Virus record (IMG/VR): IMGVR_UViG_2875703104_000004
Direction: 5' to 3' (one strand)
DNA from: a virus
Lineage: Duplodnaviria; Heunggongvirae; Uroviricota; Caudoviricetes
DNA length: 64,000 nucleotides
The translations under genes were made by a program, and so were the position numbers. Positions 1 through 10,054 of the stretch are shown here, in pieces; the stretch's first letter is position 1, and every line of letters begins with the position of its first letter. Below the pieces are notes generated by a model. The model searched no databases, was not told the origin of the DNA, and saw nothing but the letters and a program-made list of their open reading frames with translations.

Positions 1-1244
1 ACGGAAACCACGCAGTTATTCCGTACGCGTTTTAAAGCCGTGAGTCCGAAACGGGTGGACACGCCTGGACACGGTATGGGGAACCGTTTTCTGCGGGCCG
101 GTGTGGAGGTCGATCGATATGGCCGTGCCGTCGCGTACCATATCTGTGAGGATGATTTTCCGTTCTCTGGTAGTGGACGATGGGAACGGATCCCGCGTGA
201 ACTTCCCACCGGGCGTCCGGCCATGCTGCATATTTTCGAGCCGGTGGAGGACGGGCAGACCCGTGGGGCTAATCAGTTTTACAGCGTCATGGAACGGCTG
301 AAGATGCTCGATTCCCTGCAGGCAACACAGCTTCAGTCGGCCATAGTGAAGGCGATGTATGCAGCGACGATTGAAAGTGAACTTGATACCGAAAAGGCCT
401 TTGAATATATCGCCGGCGCGCCACAGGAGCAGAAGGATAATCCGCTTATTAATATTCTGGAGAAGTTCTCCAGCTGGTATGACACGAATAACGTGACACT
501 GGGCGGTGTCAAAATTCCGCACCTTTTCCCTGGTGATGATCTGAAACTACAGACTGCGCAGGATTCAGACAATGGATTTTCTGCGCTTGAACAGGCGCTG
601 CTGCGGTATATCGCCGCCGGTCTTGGCGTTTCCTACGAACAGTTGTCCCGTGATTACTCGAAGGTCAGTTACTCAAGTGCCCGCGCCTCCGCCAATGAGT
701 CGTGGAACAGGCGCTGCTGCGGTATATCGCCGCCGGTCTTGGCGTTTCCTACGAACAGTTGTCCCGTGATTACTCGAAGGTCAGTTACTCAAGTGCCCGC
801 GCCTCCGCCAATGAGTCGTGGCGCTATTTTATGGGGCGGCGAAAATTTATTGCGGCCCGGCTGGCCACGCAGATGTTTTCCTGCTGGCTGGAAGAGGCAC
901 TTCTTCGGGGGATTATTCGTCCGCCACGGGCACGTTTTGATTTTTATCAGGCGCGATCAGCCTGGTCACGGGCAGAGTGGATTGGTGCCGGAAGAATGGC
1001 CATTGACGGGCTCAAGGAAGTCCAGGAATCAGTGATGCGCATTGAGGCCGGACTGAGCACGTATGAGAAAGAGCTGGCGCTGATGGGCGAGGATTATCAG
1101 GACATTTTCCGCCAGCAGGTCAGGGAATCTGCTGAGCGGCAAAAAGCCGGACTCTCACGTCCGGTGTGGATAGAGCAGGCGTATCAGCAGCAGATAGCGG
1201 AGAGTCGTAGGCCGGAAGAGGAGACAACACCACGTGAGACGTAA
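1..1244 (+). pseudogene. B: portal protein (lambda gpB-like), 5' end outside window, frame broken by a 116-bp tandem duplication
   Basis: Translation matches lambda-type portal (..RFLRAGVEVDRYGRAVAYHICEDDF.., C-terminal ..RMAIDGLKEVQESVMRIEAGLSTYEKELA..); N- and C-terminal parts lie in different frames (ORFs 40..1035 and 702..1244). Confidence 0.8.
589..820. repeat. perfect tandem direct duplication, 2 x 116 bp, inside portal gene
   Basis: Unit starting gaacaggcgctgctgcggtatatcgcc occurs at 589-704 and again at 705-820; 116 is not a multiple of 3. Confidence 0.9.
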
Positions 1245-2739
1245 TCTTTCACACATTATTGCCGCAGCATTCAATGAACCGCTGCTTCTGGAGCCCGCCT
1301 ATGCGCGGGTTTTCTTTTGCGCGCTCGGGCGCGAGATGGGGGCAGCAAGTCTTTCGGTACCACAACAGCAGGTACAGTTTGATGCTCCCGGAATGCTGGC
1401 TGAAACGGACGAGTACATGGCCGGAGGTAAACGACCGGCCCGTGTTTACCGGGTGGTGAACGGTATTGCTGTACTGCCGGTGACCGGCACGCTGGTGCAC
1501 CGGCTGGGTGGTATGCGGCCATTTTCCGGAATGACAGGCTATGACGGCATTGTCGCCTGTCTTCAGCAGGCAATGGCGGATAGCCAGGTGCGGGGCGTAC
1601 TGCTGGACATTGACAGTCCGGGCGGGCAGGCCGCCGGCGCGTTTGACTGCGCTGACATGATTTACCGCCTCCGTCAGCAGAAGCCGGTCTGGGCACTGTG
1701 CAATGACACGGCCTGTTCTGCAGCCATGCTGCTGGCGTCGGCCTGCTCCCGACGGCTGGTTACCCAGACATCCCGTATCGGCTCCATTGGCGTGATGATG
1801 AGCCATGTCAGCTATGCCGGTCATCTGGCGCAGGCCGGTGTGGATATCACGCTGATTTACTCAGGGGCGCACAAGGTGGATGGCAATCAGTTTGAAGCGT
1901 TGCCGGCAGAGGTTCGCCAGGACATGCAGCAGCGGATTGATGCGGCGCGCCGGATGTTTGCCGAAAAAGTGGCGATGTATACCGGTCTGTCTGTTGATGC
2001 CGTCACGGGAACAGAGGCTGCCGTTTTTGAAGGTCAGTCCGGCATTGAGGCCGGGCTGGCGGATGAATTAATCAATGCGTCGGATGCCATCAGTGTGATG
2101 GCCACGGCGCTGAACAGTAATGTCAGAGGAGGCACTATGCCGCAATTAACTGCAACGGAAGCCGCCGCGCAGGAGAACCAGCGAGTGATGGGGATCCTGA
2201 CATGCCAGGAAGCGAAAGGACGTGAACAGCTTGCCACGATGCTGGCAGGACAACAGGGCATGAGCGTTGAACAGGCCCGGGCGATTCTGGCCGCGGCGGC
2301 ACCGCAGCAGCCGGTGGCATCCACGCAGAGTGAAGCCGATCGCATTATGGCGTGTGAAGAAGCGAACGGTCGTGAACAACTGGCGGCAACGCTGGCGGCG
2401 ATGCCGGAGATGACGGTGGAAAAAGCCCGCCCGATCCTGGCTGCTTCACCGCAGGCGGATGCCGGACCATCACTCCGTGATCAGATCATGGCACTGGATG
2501 AGGCAAAAGGGGCTGAGGCGCAGGCTGAACAGCTGGCTGCCTGCCCGGGAATGACAGTGGAGAGCGCCCGGGCTGTGCTGGCTGCGGGATCAGGTAAGGC
2601 AGAACCGGTCTCTGCATCCACAACCGCCATGTTTGAACATTTCATGGCGAACCATTCACCGGCAGCGGTACAGGGTGGCGTGGCACAGACGTCAGCAGAC
2701 GGTGATGCGGACGTGAAAATGCTCATGGCCATGCCATGA
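1234..2739 (+). CDS. C: prohead protease / scaffold protein (lambda gpC-Nu3-like, S49 peptidase family)
   Basis: 501-aa ORF from GTG overlapping the B stop; motifs FNEPLLLEPAYARVFFCAL and SRIGSIGVMM fit lambda C; C-terminal part has three ~40-aa repeats. Confidence 0.85.
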   Translation: MRRNLSHIIAAAFNEPLLLEPAYARVFFCALGREMGAASLSVPQQQVQFDAPGMLAETDEYMAGGKRPARVYRVVNGIAVLPVTGTLVHRLGGMRPFSGMTGYDGIVACLQQAMADSQVRGVLLDIDSPGGQAAGAFDCADMIYRLRQQKPVWALCNDTACSAAMLLASACSRRLVTQTSRIGSIGVMMSHVSYAGHLAQAGVDITLIYSGAHKVDGNQFEALPAEVRQDMQQRIDAARRMFAEKVAMYTGLSVDAVTGTEAAVFEGQSGIEAGLADELINASDAISVMATALNSNVRGGTMPQLTATEAAAQENQRVMGILTCQEAKGREQLATMLAGQQGMSVEQARAILAAAAPQQPVASTQSEADRIMACEEANGREQLAATLAAMPEMTVEKARPILAASPQADAGPSLRDQIMALDEAKGAEAQAEQLAACPGMTVESARAVLAAGSGKAEPVSASTTAMFEHFMANHSPAAVQGGVAQTSADGDADVKMLMAMP

Positions 2740-2775
2740 AGTCAGTGCTGACCATCAATAGGAGGTTTTTACAAT

Positions 2776-3123
2776 ATGGTGACGAAAACCATCACTGAAC
2801 AGCGTGCGGAAGTACGTATTTTTGCCGGTAATGATCCGGCTCATACCGCCACAGGCAGCAGCGGGATTTCCTCGCCAACACCGGCACTGACGCCCCTGAT
2901 GCTGGATGAAGCCACCGGGAAACTGGTGGTCTGGGACGGACAGAAAGCCGGTAGTGCGGTTGGCATACTGGTACTGCCGCTTGAAGGCACAGAGACGGCG
3001 CTGACGTATTACAAGTCGGGAACCTTTGCGACGGAGGCAATCCACTGGCCTGAAAGTGTGGATGAACACAAAAAGGCCAACGCCTTTGCTGGCAGTGCCC
3101 TGAGTCACGCGGCGCTGCCGTAA
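2776..3123 (+). CDS. D: head decoration protein (lambda gpD-like)
   Basis: 115-aa ORF with GGAGG RBS, at the position and size expected for D between C and E; Gly/Ser-rich N-terminal region. Confidence 0.8.
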   Translation: MVTKTITEQRAEVRIFAGNDPAHTATGSSGISSPTPALTPLMLDEATGKLVVWDGQKAGSAVGILVLPLEGTETALTYYKSGTFATEAIHWPESVDEHKKANAFAGSALSHAALP

Positions 3124-3130
3124 CACGTTA

Positions 3131-3152
3131 TCAGGCCACCGCGGTGGCCTGA
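3131..3152. promoter_or_regulatory. 22-bp perfect palindrome in the D-E intergenic region
   Basis: tcaggccaccgcggtggcctga is its own reverse complement; no T-run follows, so not a classical terminator. The second module has a one-mismatch copy at about 25083-25102. Confidence 0.4.
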
Positions 3153-3180
3153 CTGATTTCTGAATGAAAGGAACTGATTT

Positions 3181-4209
3181 ATGGGATTGTTTACGACCCG
3201 CCAGTTACTCGGTTATACCGAACAAAAAGTTAAATTTCGTGCGCTGTTTCTGGAGCTGTTTTTCCGCCGTACGGTGAATTTCCATACCGAAGAGGTGATG
3301 CTGGACAAAATTACCGGAAAAACGCCGGTGGCGGCCTATGTCTCCCCGGTTGTTGAAGGAAAAGTGCTGCGTCATCGTGGTGGTGAAACCCGCGTGTTGC
3401 GTCCGGGCTACGTCAAGCCGAAACACGAATTTAATTACCAGCAGGCGGTTGAGCGCCTTCCTGGTGAAGATCCATCTCAACTGAATGATCCGGCTTACCG
3501 CCGTCTGCGTATCATTACCGATAACCTCAAACAGGAAGAGCACGCGATTGTCCAGGTGGAAGAAATGCAGGCGGTAAATGCTGTGTTGTATGGCAAATAC
3601 ACCATGGAAGGAGACCAGTTCGAGAAAATTGAGGTCGATTTTGGCAGGTCGACGAAGAATAACATCACTCAGGGTAGTGGTAAGGAGTGGTCAAAACAGG
3701 ATCGTGACACGTTCGATCCTACACATGATATTGACCTCTACTGCGACCTGGCCAGCGGTCTTGTGAATATTGCCATTATGGACGGTACCGTCTGGCGTCT
3801 TCTGAATGGTTTTAAGCTGTTCCGCGAAAAACTGGATACCCGTCGCGGTTCAAATTCTCAACTCGAAACGGCAGTGAAAGATCTGGGCGCAGTGGTGTCC
3901 TTCAAGGGGTATTACGGCGATCTGGCCATTGTGGTGGCGAAAACGTCTTATATAGCAGAAGACGGTATCGAAAAACGTTATCTTCCAGATGGCATGCTGG
4001 TTCTGGGGAATACTGCTGCAGATGGGATCCGTTGTTACGGTGCCATTCAGGATGCTCAGGCGTTGTCCGAAGGTGTGGTGGCCTCTTCCCGTTATCCGAA
4101 ACACTGGCTGACGGTAGGGGATCCCGCCCGTGAATTTACCATGACGCAGTCCGCGCCGCTGATGGTGTTGCCGGACCCGGATGAGTTTGTGGTGGTACAG
4201 GTGAAATAA
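3181..4209 (+). CDS. E: major capsid protein (lambda gpE-like)
   Basis: 342-aa ORF; motifs PGYVKPKHE, QVEEMQAV, KLDTRRGSNS.LETAVKDLG and GDPAREFTM.QSAPLM fit lambda E. Confidence 0.9.
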   Translation: MGLFTTRQLLGYTEQKVKFRALFLELFFRRTVNFHTEEVMLDKITGKTPVAAYVSPVVEGKVLRHRGGETRVLRPGYVKPKHEFNYQQAVERLPGEDPSQLNDPAYRRLRIITDNLKQEEHAIVQVEEMQAVNAVLYGKYTMEGDQFEKIEVDFGRSTKNNITQGSGKEWSKQDRDTFDPTHDIDLYCDLASGLVNIAIMDGTVWRLLNGFKLFREKLDTRRGSNSQLETAVKDLGAVVSFKGYYGDLAIVVAKTSYIAEDGIEKRYLPDGMLVLGNTAADGIRCYGAIQDAQALSEGVVASSRYPKHWLTVGDPAREFTMTQSAPLMVLPDPDEFVVVQVK

Positions 4210-4215
4210 TCCGTG

Positions 4216-4246
4216 AGCGGGGGCGAAATGCCCCCGTGTCTTTTTT
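4216..4246 (+). terminator. rho-independent terminator-like hairpin downstream of E
   Basis: GC stem cggggg/cccccg with loop cgaaatg followed by TTTTTT, directly after the E stop. Confidence 0.55.
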
Positions 4247-4260
4247 CACAGGGGGCTGAT

Positions 4261-4635
4261 ATGGCAACGAAAGAGCAAAATCTGAAACGGCTTGATGAAC
4301 TGGCCCTGATTCTGGGGCGTGAGCCGGATATATCCGGGAGTGCCGCAGAGATAGCGCAGCGGGTGGCAGAATGGGAAGAGGAAATGCAGTCATCCGGCGA
4401 TGATGTACAGGTTATGAATATGGATATCCGGGAGCGGGAAACCGCGGCTCATGATGTTCGTGAGGAAACATCCGGCGCGTTAACGCGCATCAGAGTTCTG
4501 ACCTGCCTCCATCTCTGTGGCGTTGATGGTGAAACGGGGGAATCCGTTGAGCTTGCGGATGTTGGTCGGGTGATTCTGATTATGTCCTCAGATGCAAAAA
4601 CACACGTTGATGGTGGAATGGCTGTTTATGCGTGA
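4261..4635 (+). CDS. FI: DNA packaging / head assembly protein (lambda FI-like)
   Basis: Acidic ~124-aa ORF starting MATKEQNLKRL, between E and FII as in lambda. Confidence 0.7.
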   Translation: MATKEQNLKRLDELALILGREPDISGSAAEIAQRVAEWEEEMQSSGDDVQVMNMDIRERETAAHDVREETSGALTRIRVLTCLHLCGVDGETGESVELADVGRVILIMSSDAKTHVDGGMAVYA

Positions 4636-4981
4636 TTTTCAGAATGCCTTTGATGCCGCCCTTGCCGGGGTGGACAGTACGATTGTTGAAGTGATGGGCA
4701 TCAGTGCGCAGTTCACCTCCGGTGCACAGCGTGGCGGCGAGGTTCATGGCGTTTTTGACGATCCGGAGTCGCTGGGTTTTGCCAGTAGTGGGATCCGTAT
4801 TGAAGGAAGTAACCCGTCATTATTTGTGCTTACGGATACGGTTTGTGCTGTACGGCGTGGTGACACGCTGACCATTAACGGCGAGATGTTCTGGGTGGAC
4901 CGTGTTTCTCCGGATGACGGAGGGAGTTGTTATCTCTGGCTCAACCGGGGGCAACCACCTGCCGCCAGCCGTCGCCGCTGA
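4628..4981 (+). CDS. FII: head-tail joining protein (lambda FII-like)
   Basis: 117-aa ORF overlapping the FI stop; motifs GVFDDPE, GDTLTI and C-terminal FWVDRVSPDDGGSCYLWLNRGQPPA. Confidence 0.85.
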   Translation: MRDFQNAFDAALAGVDSTIVEVMGISAQFTSGAQRGGEVHGVFDDPESLGFASSGIRIEGSNPSLFVLTDTVCAVRRGDTLTINGEMFWVDRVSPDDGGSCYLWLNRGQPPAASRRR

Positions 4982-4992
4982 AAGGGGGATGT

Positions 4993-5571
4993 ATGGCCAT
5001 AAAAGGTCTTGAGCAGGCCGTTGAAAACCTCAGCCGTATCAGCAAAACGGCAGTGCCTGGTGCCGCCGCAATGGCCATTAACCGCGTTGCTTCATCCGCG
5101 ATATCGCAGTCGGCGTCACTGGTTGCCCGTGAGACAAAGGTACGCCGGAAACTGGTAAAGGAAAGGGCCAGGCTGAAAAGGGCCACGGTCAAAAATCCGC
5201 AGGCCAGAATCAAAGTTAACCGGGGGGATTTGCCCGTAATCAGGCTGGGTAATGCGCGGGTTGTCCTTTCGCGCCGCAGGCGTCGTAAAAAGGGGCAGCG
5301 TTCATCCCTGAAAGGTGGCGGCAGCGTGCTTGTGGTGGGTAACCGTCGTATTCCCGGCGCGTTTATTCAGCAACTGAAAAATGGCCGCTGGCATGTCATG
5401 CAGCGTGTGGCCGGGAAAAACCGTTACCCCATTGATGTGGTGAAAATTCCGATGGCGGTGCCGCTGACCACGGCGTTTAAACAGAATATTGAGCGGATAC
5501 GGCGTGAGCGTCTTCCGAAAGAGCTGGGCTATGCGCTGCAGCATCAACTGAGGATGGTAATAAAGCGATGA
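4993..5571 (+). CDS. Z: minor tail protein Z
   Basis: 192-aa ORF starting MAIKGLEQAVENLSR with conserved NGRWHVMQRVAGKNRYPIDVVKIPMA; position after FII. Confidence 0.85.
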   Translation: MAIKGLEQAVENLSRISKTAVPGAAAMAINRVASSAISQSASLVARETKVRRKLVKERARLKRATVKNPQARIKVNRGDLPVIRLGNARVVLSRRRRRKKGQRSSLKGGGSVLVVGNRRIPGAFIQQLKNGRWHVMQRVAGKNRYPIDVVKIPMAVPLTTAFKQNIERIRRERLPKELGYALQHQLRMVIKR

Positions 5572-5963
5572 AACATACTGAATTCCGTGCAGCCGTACTG
5601 GATGCACTGGAAAAACATGACACCGGGGCGACGCTTTTTGATGGTCGCCCCGCTGTTTTTGATGAGGCGGATTTTCCGGCAATTGCCGTTTATCTCACCG
5701 GCGCTGAATACACGGGCGAAGAGCTGGACAGCGATACCTGGCAGGCGGAGCTGCATATTGAAGTTTTCCTGCCTGCTCAGGTGCCGGATTCAGAGCTGGA
5801 TTCGTGGATGGAAAGCCGGATTTATCCGGCGATGAGCGATATCCCGGCACTGTCAGATTTGATCACCAGTATGGTGGCCAGTGGCTATGACTACCGGCGC
5901 GACGATGATGCGGGCCTGTGGAGTTCAGCCGATCTGACTTATGTCATTACCTATGAAATGTGA
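5568..5963 (+). CDS. U: minor tail protein U (tail terminator)
   Basis: 131-aa ORF overlapping the Z stop (ATGA); size and position of lambda U. Confidence 0.85.
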   Translation: MKHTEFRAAVLDALEKHDTGATLFDGRPAVFDEADFPAIAVYLTGAEYTGEELDSDTWQAELHIEVFLPAQVPDSELDSWMESRIYPAMSDIPALSDLITSMVASGYDYRRDDDAGLWSSADLTYVITYEM

Positions 5964-5970
5964 GGACGAT

Positions 5971-6711
5971 ATGCCAACACCAAATCCTCTGGCACCGGTG
6001 AAAGGGGCCGGAACCACACTGTGGGTTTATAACGGGAGCGGCGACCCTTATGCAAACCCGCTTTCAGACAATGACTGGTCGCGTCTGGCAAAAATTAAAG
6101 ACCTGACGCCCGGCGAACTGACCGCTGAGTCCTATGACGACAGTTATCTCGATGATGAAGATGCGGACTGGACCGCGACCGGGCAGGGGCAGAAATCCGC
6201 CGGAGATACCAGCTTCACGCTGGCGTGGATGCCCGGAGAGCAGGGGCAGCAGGCGCTGCTGGCGTGGTTTAATGAAGGTGATACCCGTGCCTATAAAATC
6301 CGCTTCCCGAACGGCACGGTCGATGTGTTCCGTGGCTGGGTCAGCAGTATCGGTAAGGCGGTGACGGCGAAGGAAGTGATCACCCGTACGGTGAAGGTCA
6401 CCAATGTGGGCCGTCCGTCAATGGCAGAAGATCGCAGTACGGTGACGGCGGCAACCGGTATGACCGTGACGCCTGCCAGCTCCTCGGTGGTGAAAGGGCA
6501 GAGCACCACGCTGACCGTGGCCTTCCAGCCGGAGGGCGCAACTGACAAGAGCTTCCGTGCGGTGTCAGCGGATAAAACAAAAGCCACCGTGTCGGTCAGT
6601 GGTATGACCATCACCGTGAACGGCGTTGCTGCAGGCAAGGTCAACATTCCGGTTGTATCCGGTAATGGTGAACTTGCTGCGGTTGCAGAAATCACTGTCA
6701 CCGACAGTTAA
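5971..6711 (+). CDS. V: major tail protein V with C-terminal Ig-like domain
   Basis: 246-aa ORF; N-terminal tube domain (..[40 protein letters not shown]..) and C-terminal Ig-like segment. Confidence 0.85.
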   Translation: MPTPNPLAPVKGAGTTLWVYNGSGDPYANPLSDNDWSRLAKIKDLTPGELTAESYDDSYLDDEDADWTATGQGQKSAGDTSFTLAWMPGEQGQQALLAWFNEGDTRAYKIRFPNGTVDVFRGWVSSIGKAVTAKEVITRTVKVTNVGRPSMAEDRSTVTAATGMTVTPASSSVVKGQSTTLTVAFQPEGATDKSFRAVSADKTKATVSVSGMTITVNGVAAGKVNIPVVSGNGELAAVAEITVTDS

Positions 6712-6726
6712 TCCGGAGAGTCAGCG

Positions 6727-7149
6727 ATGTTCCTGAAAACCGAATCATTTGAACATAACGGCGTGACCGTCACGCTTTCTGAACTGTCAGCCCTGCAGCG
6801 TATTGAGCATCTCGCCCTGATGAAACAGCAGGCAGAACAGGCGGAGTCAGACAGCAACCGGCAGGTTACTGTGGAAGACGCCATCAGAACCGGTGCTTTT
6901 GTGGTGGCGATGTCCCTGTGGCATAACCATCCGCAGAAGACAAAGCAGCCTTCCATGAATGAAGCCGTTAAACAGATTGAGCAGGAAGTGCTTACCACCT
7001 GGCCCGCGGAGGCAATTTCTCATGCTGAAAACGTGGTGTACCGGCTGTCCGGTATGTATGGGTTTGTGGTGAATGATGCCCCTGACCAGGCAGAGGACTC
7101 CGGGCCTGCAGAGCCTGTTTCTGCGGGAAAGTGTTCGACGGTGAGCTGA
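6727..7149 (+). CDS. G: tail assembly chaperone G
   Basis: 140-aa ORF after V; ends just past the GGGAAAG slippery heptamer. Confidence 0.8.
   Translation: MFLKTESFEHNGVTVTLSELSALQRIEHLALMKQQAEQAESDSNRQVTVEDAIRTGAFVVAMSLWHNHPQKTKQPSMNEAVKQIEQEVLTTWPAEAISHAENVVYRLSGMYGFVVNDAPDQAEDSGPAEPVSAGKCSTVS
7125..7131 (+). promoter_or_regulatory. programmed -1 ribosomal frameshift slippery site G_GGA_AAG (G to G-T)
   Basis: Heptamer GGGAAAG in the zero frame of G; the -1 frame continues into ORF 7131..7565. Confidence 0.75.
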
Positions 7150-7565
7150 GTTTTGCCCTGAAACTGGCGCGAGAGATGGGGCGACCTGACTGGCGCGCCA
7201 TGCTTGCCGGGATGTCATCCACGGAGTATGCCGACTGGCACCGCTTTTACAGTACCCATTATTTTCATGATGTTCTGCTGGATATGCACTTTTCCGGGCT
7301 GACGTACACTGTGCTCAGCCTGTTTTTCAGCGATCCGGATATGCATCCGCTGGATTTCAGTTTGCTGAACCGGCGTGAGGATGACGAAGAGCCTGAAGAT
7401 GATGTGCTGATGCAGAAAGCGGCAGGGCTTACCGGAGGCGTCCGCTTTGACCCGGACGGAAATGAAGTTATCCCCGCTTCCCCGGATATGGCGGGCATGA
7501 CGGAGGATGACGTAATGCTGATGACAGTATCAGAAGGGATCGCAGGAGGAGTCCGGTATGGCTGA
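7131..7565 (+). CDS. T: T segment of the tail assembly chaperone G-T fusion (made by -1 frameshift from G)
   Basis: ORF in the -1 frame relative to G with no independent start context; lies between G and H. Confidence 0.75.
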   Translation: MFDGELSFALKLAREMGRPDWRAMLAGMSSTEYADWHRFYSTHYFHDVLLDMHFSGLTYTVLSLFFSDPDMHPLDFSLLNRREDDEEPEDDVLMQKAAGLTGGVRFDPDGNEVIPASPDMAGMTEDDVMLMTVSEGIAGGVRYG

Positions 7566-10054
7566 ACCGGTAGGCGATCTGGTCGTTGATTTAAGTCTGG
7601 ATGCGGCCAGATTTGACGAGCAGATGGCCAGAGTCAGGCGTCATTTTTCCGGTACGGAAAGTGATGCGAAAAAAACAGCGGCAGTCGTTGAACAGTCGCT
7701 GAGCCGACAGGCGCTGGCTGCACAGAAAGCGGGGATTTCCGTCGGGCAGTATAAAGCCGCCATGCGTATGCTGCCTGCACAGTTCACCGACGTGGCCACG
7801 CAGCTTGCAGGCGGGCAAAGCCCGTGGCTGATCCTGCTGCAACAGGGTGGTCAGGTTAAGGACTCCTTCGGCGGGATGATCCCCATGTTCCGGGGGCTTG
7901 CCGGTGCGATCACCCTGCCGATGGTCGGGGCCACCTCGCTGGCGGTGGCGACCGGTGCGCTGGCGTATGCCTGGTATCAGGGTAACTCAACCCTGTCCGA
8001 TTTCAACAAAACGCTGGTCCTTTCCGGCAATCAGTCGGGTCTGACGGCAGATCGTATGCTGGTCCTGTCCAGAGCCGGGCAGGCGGCAGGGCTGACGTTT
8101 AACCAGACCAGCGAGTCACTCAGCGCACTGGTTAAGGCGGGAGTAAGCGGTGAGGCTCAGATTGCATCCATCAGCCAGAGTGTGGCGCGTTTCTCCTCTG
8201 CATCCGGCGTGGAGGTGGACAAGGTCGCTGAAGCCTTCGGGAAGCTGACCACTGACCCGACGTCGGGGCTGACGGCGATGGCGCGCCAGTTCCATAACGT
8301 AACGGCGGAGCAGATTGCGTATGTTGCTCAGTTGCAGCGTTCCGGCGATGAATCCGGGGCATTGCAGGCGGCGAACGAGGCCGCAACGAAAGGGTTTGAT
8401 GACCAGACCCGACGCCTGAAAGAGAACATGGGCACGCTGGAAACCTGGGCAGACAGGACAGCACGGGCATTCAAATCCATGTGGGATGCGGTGCTGGATA
8501 TTGGTCGTCCTGATACCGCTCAGGAGATGCTGATTAAGGCAGAGGCTGCGTTTAAGAAAGCGGACGACATCTGGAATCTGCGCAAGGATGATTATTTTGT
8601 TAACGATGAAGCGCGGGCGCGTTACTGGGATGATCGTGAAAAGGCCCGTCTTGCGCTTGAAGCCGCCCGAAAGAAGGCTGAACAGCAGAGTCAACAGGAC
8701 AAAAATGCGCAGCAGCAGAGCGATACCGAAGCATCACGGCTGAAATATACCGAAGAGGCGCAGAAGGCTTACGAACGGCTGCAGACACCGCTGGAGAAAT
8801 ATACCGCCCGTCAGGAAGAACTGAACAAGGCACTGAAAGACGGGAAAATCCTGCAGGCAGATTACAACACGCTGATGGCGGCGGCGAAAAAGGATTATGA
8901 AGCGACGCTGAAAAAGCCGAAACAGTCCGGCGTGAAGGTGTCTGCGGGCGATCGTCAGGAAGACAGTGCTCATGCTGCCCTGCTGACGCTTCAGGCTGAA
9001 CTCCGGACGCTGGAGAAGCATGCCGGAGCAAATGAGAAAATCAGCCAGCAGCGCCGGGATTTGTGGAAAATCCCTGCTGGCGCATAAAGATGAGACGCTG
9101 GAGTACAAACGCCAGCTGGCTGCACTTGGCGACAAGGTTACGTATCAGGAGCGCCTGAACGCGCTGGCGCAGCAGGCGGATAAATTCGCACAGCAGCAAC
9201 GGGCAAAACGGGCCGCTATTGATGCGAAAAGCCGGGGGCTGACTGACCGGCAGGCAGAACGGGAAGCCACGGAACAGCGCCTGAAGGAACAGTATGGCGA
9301 TAATCCTCTGGCGCTGAATAACGTCATGTCAGAGCAGAAAAAGACCTGGGCGGCTGAAGACCTGCTTCGCGGGAACTGGATGGCAGGCCTGAAGTCCGGC
9401 TGGAGTGAGTGGGAAGAGAGTGCCACGGACAGTATGTCGCAGGTTAAAAGTGCTGCCACGCAGACCTTTGATGGTATTGCGCAGAATATGGCGGCGATGC
9501 TGACCGGCAGTGAACAGAACTGGCGCAGCTTCACCCGTTCCGTGCTGTCCATGATGACAGAAATTCTGCTTAAGCAGGCAATGGTGGGGATTGTCGGGAG
9601 TATCGGCAGCGCTATTGGCGGGGCTGTTGGTGGCGGCGCATCCGCGTCAGGCGGTACAGCCATTCAGGCCGCTGCGGCGAAACTCCATTTTGCAACCGGA
9701 GGATTTACGGGAACCGGCGGCAAATATGAGCCAGCGGGGATTGTTCACCGTGGTGAATTTGTCTTCACGAAGGAGGCAACCAGCCGGATTGGCGTGGGAA
9801 ATCTCTACCGGCTGATGCGCGGCTATGCCACCGGCGGTTATGTCGGTGGCACCGGAAGTCCGGCGCAAATGCGGCGTTCAGAGGGTATCAGGTTTGAGCA
9901 GAACAACAACGTGGTGATTCAGAACGACGGTACGAATGGTCTGCCAGGTCCACAGATGATGAAGGCGGTGTATGACATGGCCCGCAAGGGTGCCCGTGAT
10001 GAAATCCAGGCACAGATGCGCGATGGTGGTCTGTTCTCCGGAGGTGGACGATGA
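7558..10054 (+). pseudogene. H: tail tape measure protein H, frame broken at about 9068
   Basis: N-terminal ORF 7558..9087 and C-terminal ORF 9020..10054 are both H-like; this copy lacks 64 bp that the second copy has at about 31017-31080. Confidence 0.8.

Noticed and set aside
16-522. Antisense ORFs lying inside structural genes (for example 16..522, 1249..1824, 8116..8694, 13387..14325, 54990..55865, 61894..62163)
   Set aside because: They overlap well-supported structural genes on the opposite strand or in another frame, have no start context, and translate to low-complexity Arg/Pro-rich sequence typical of GC-rich frame artefacts.
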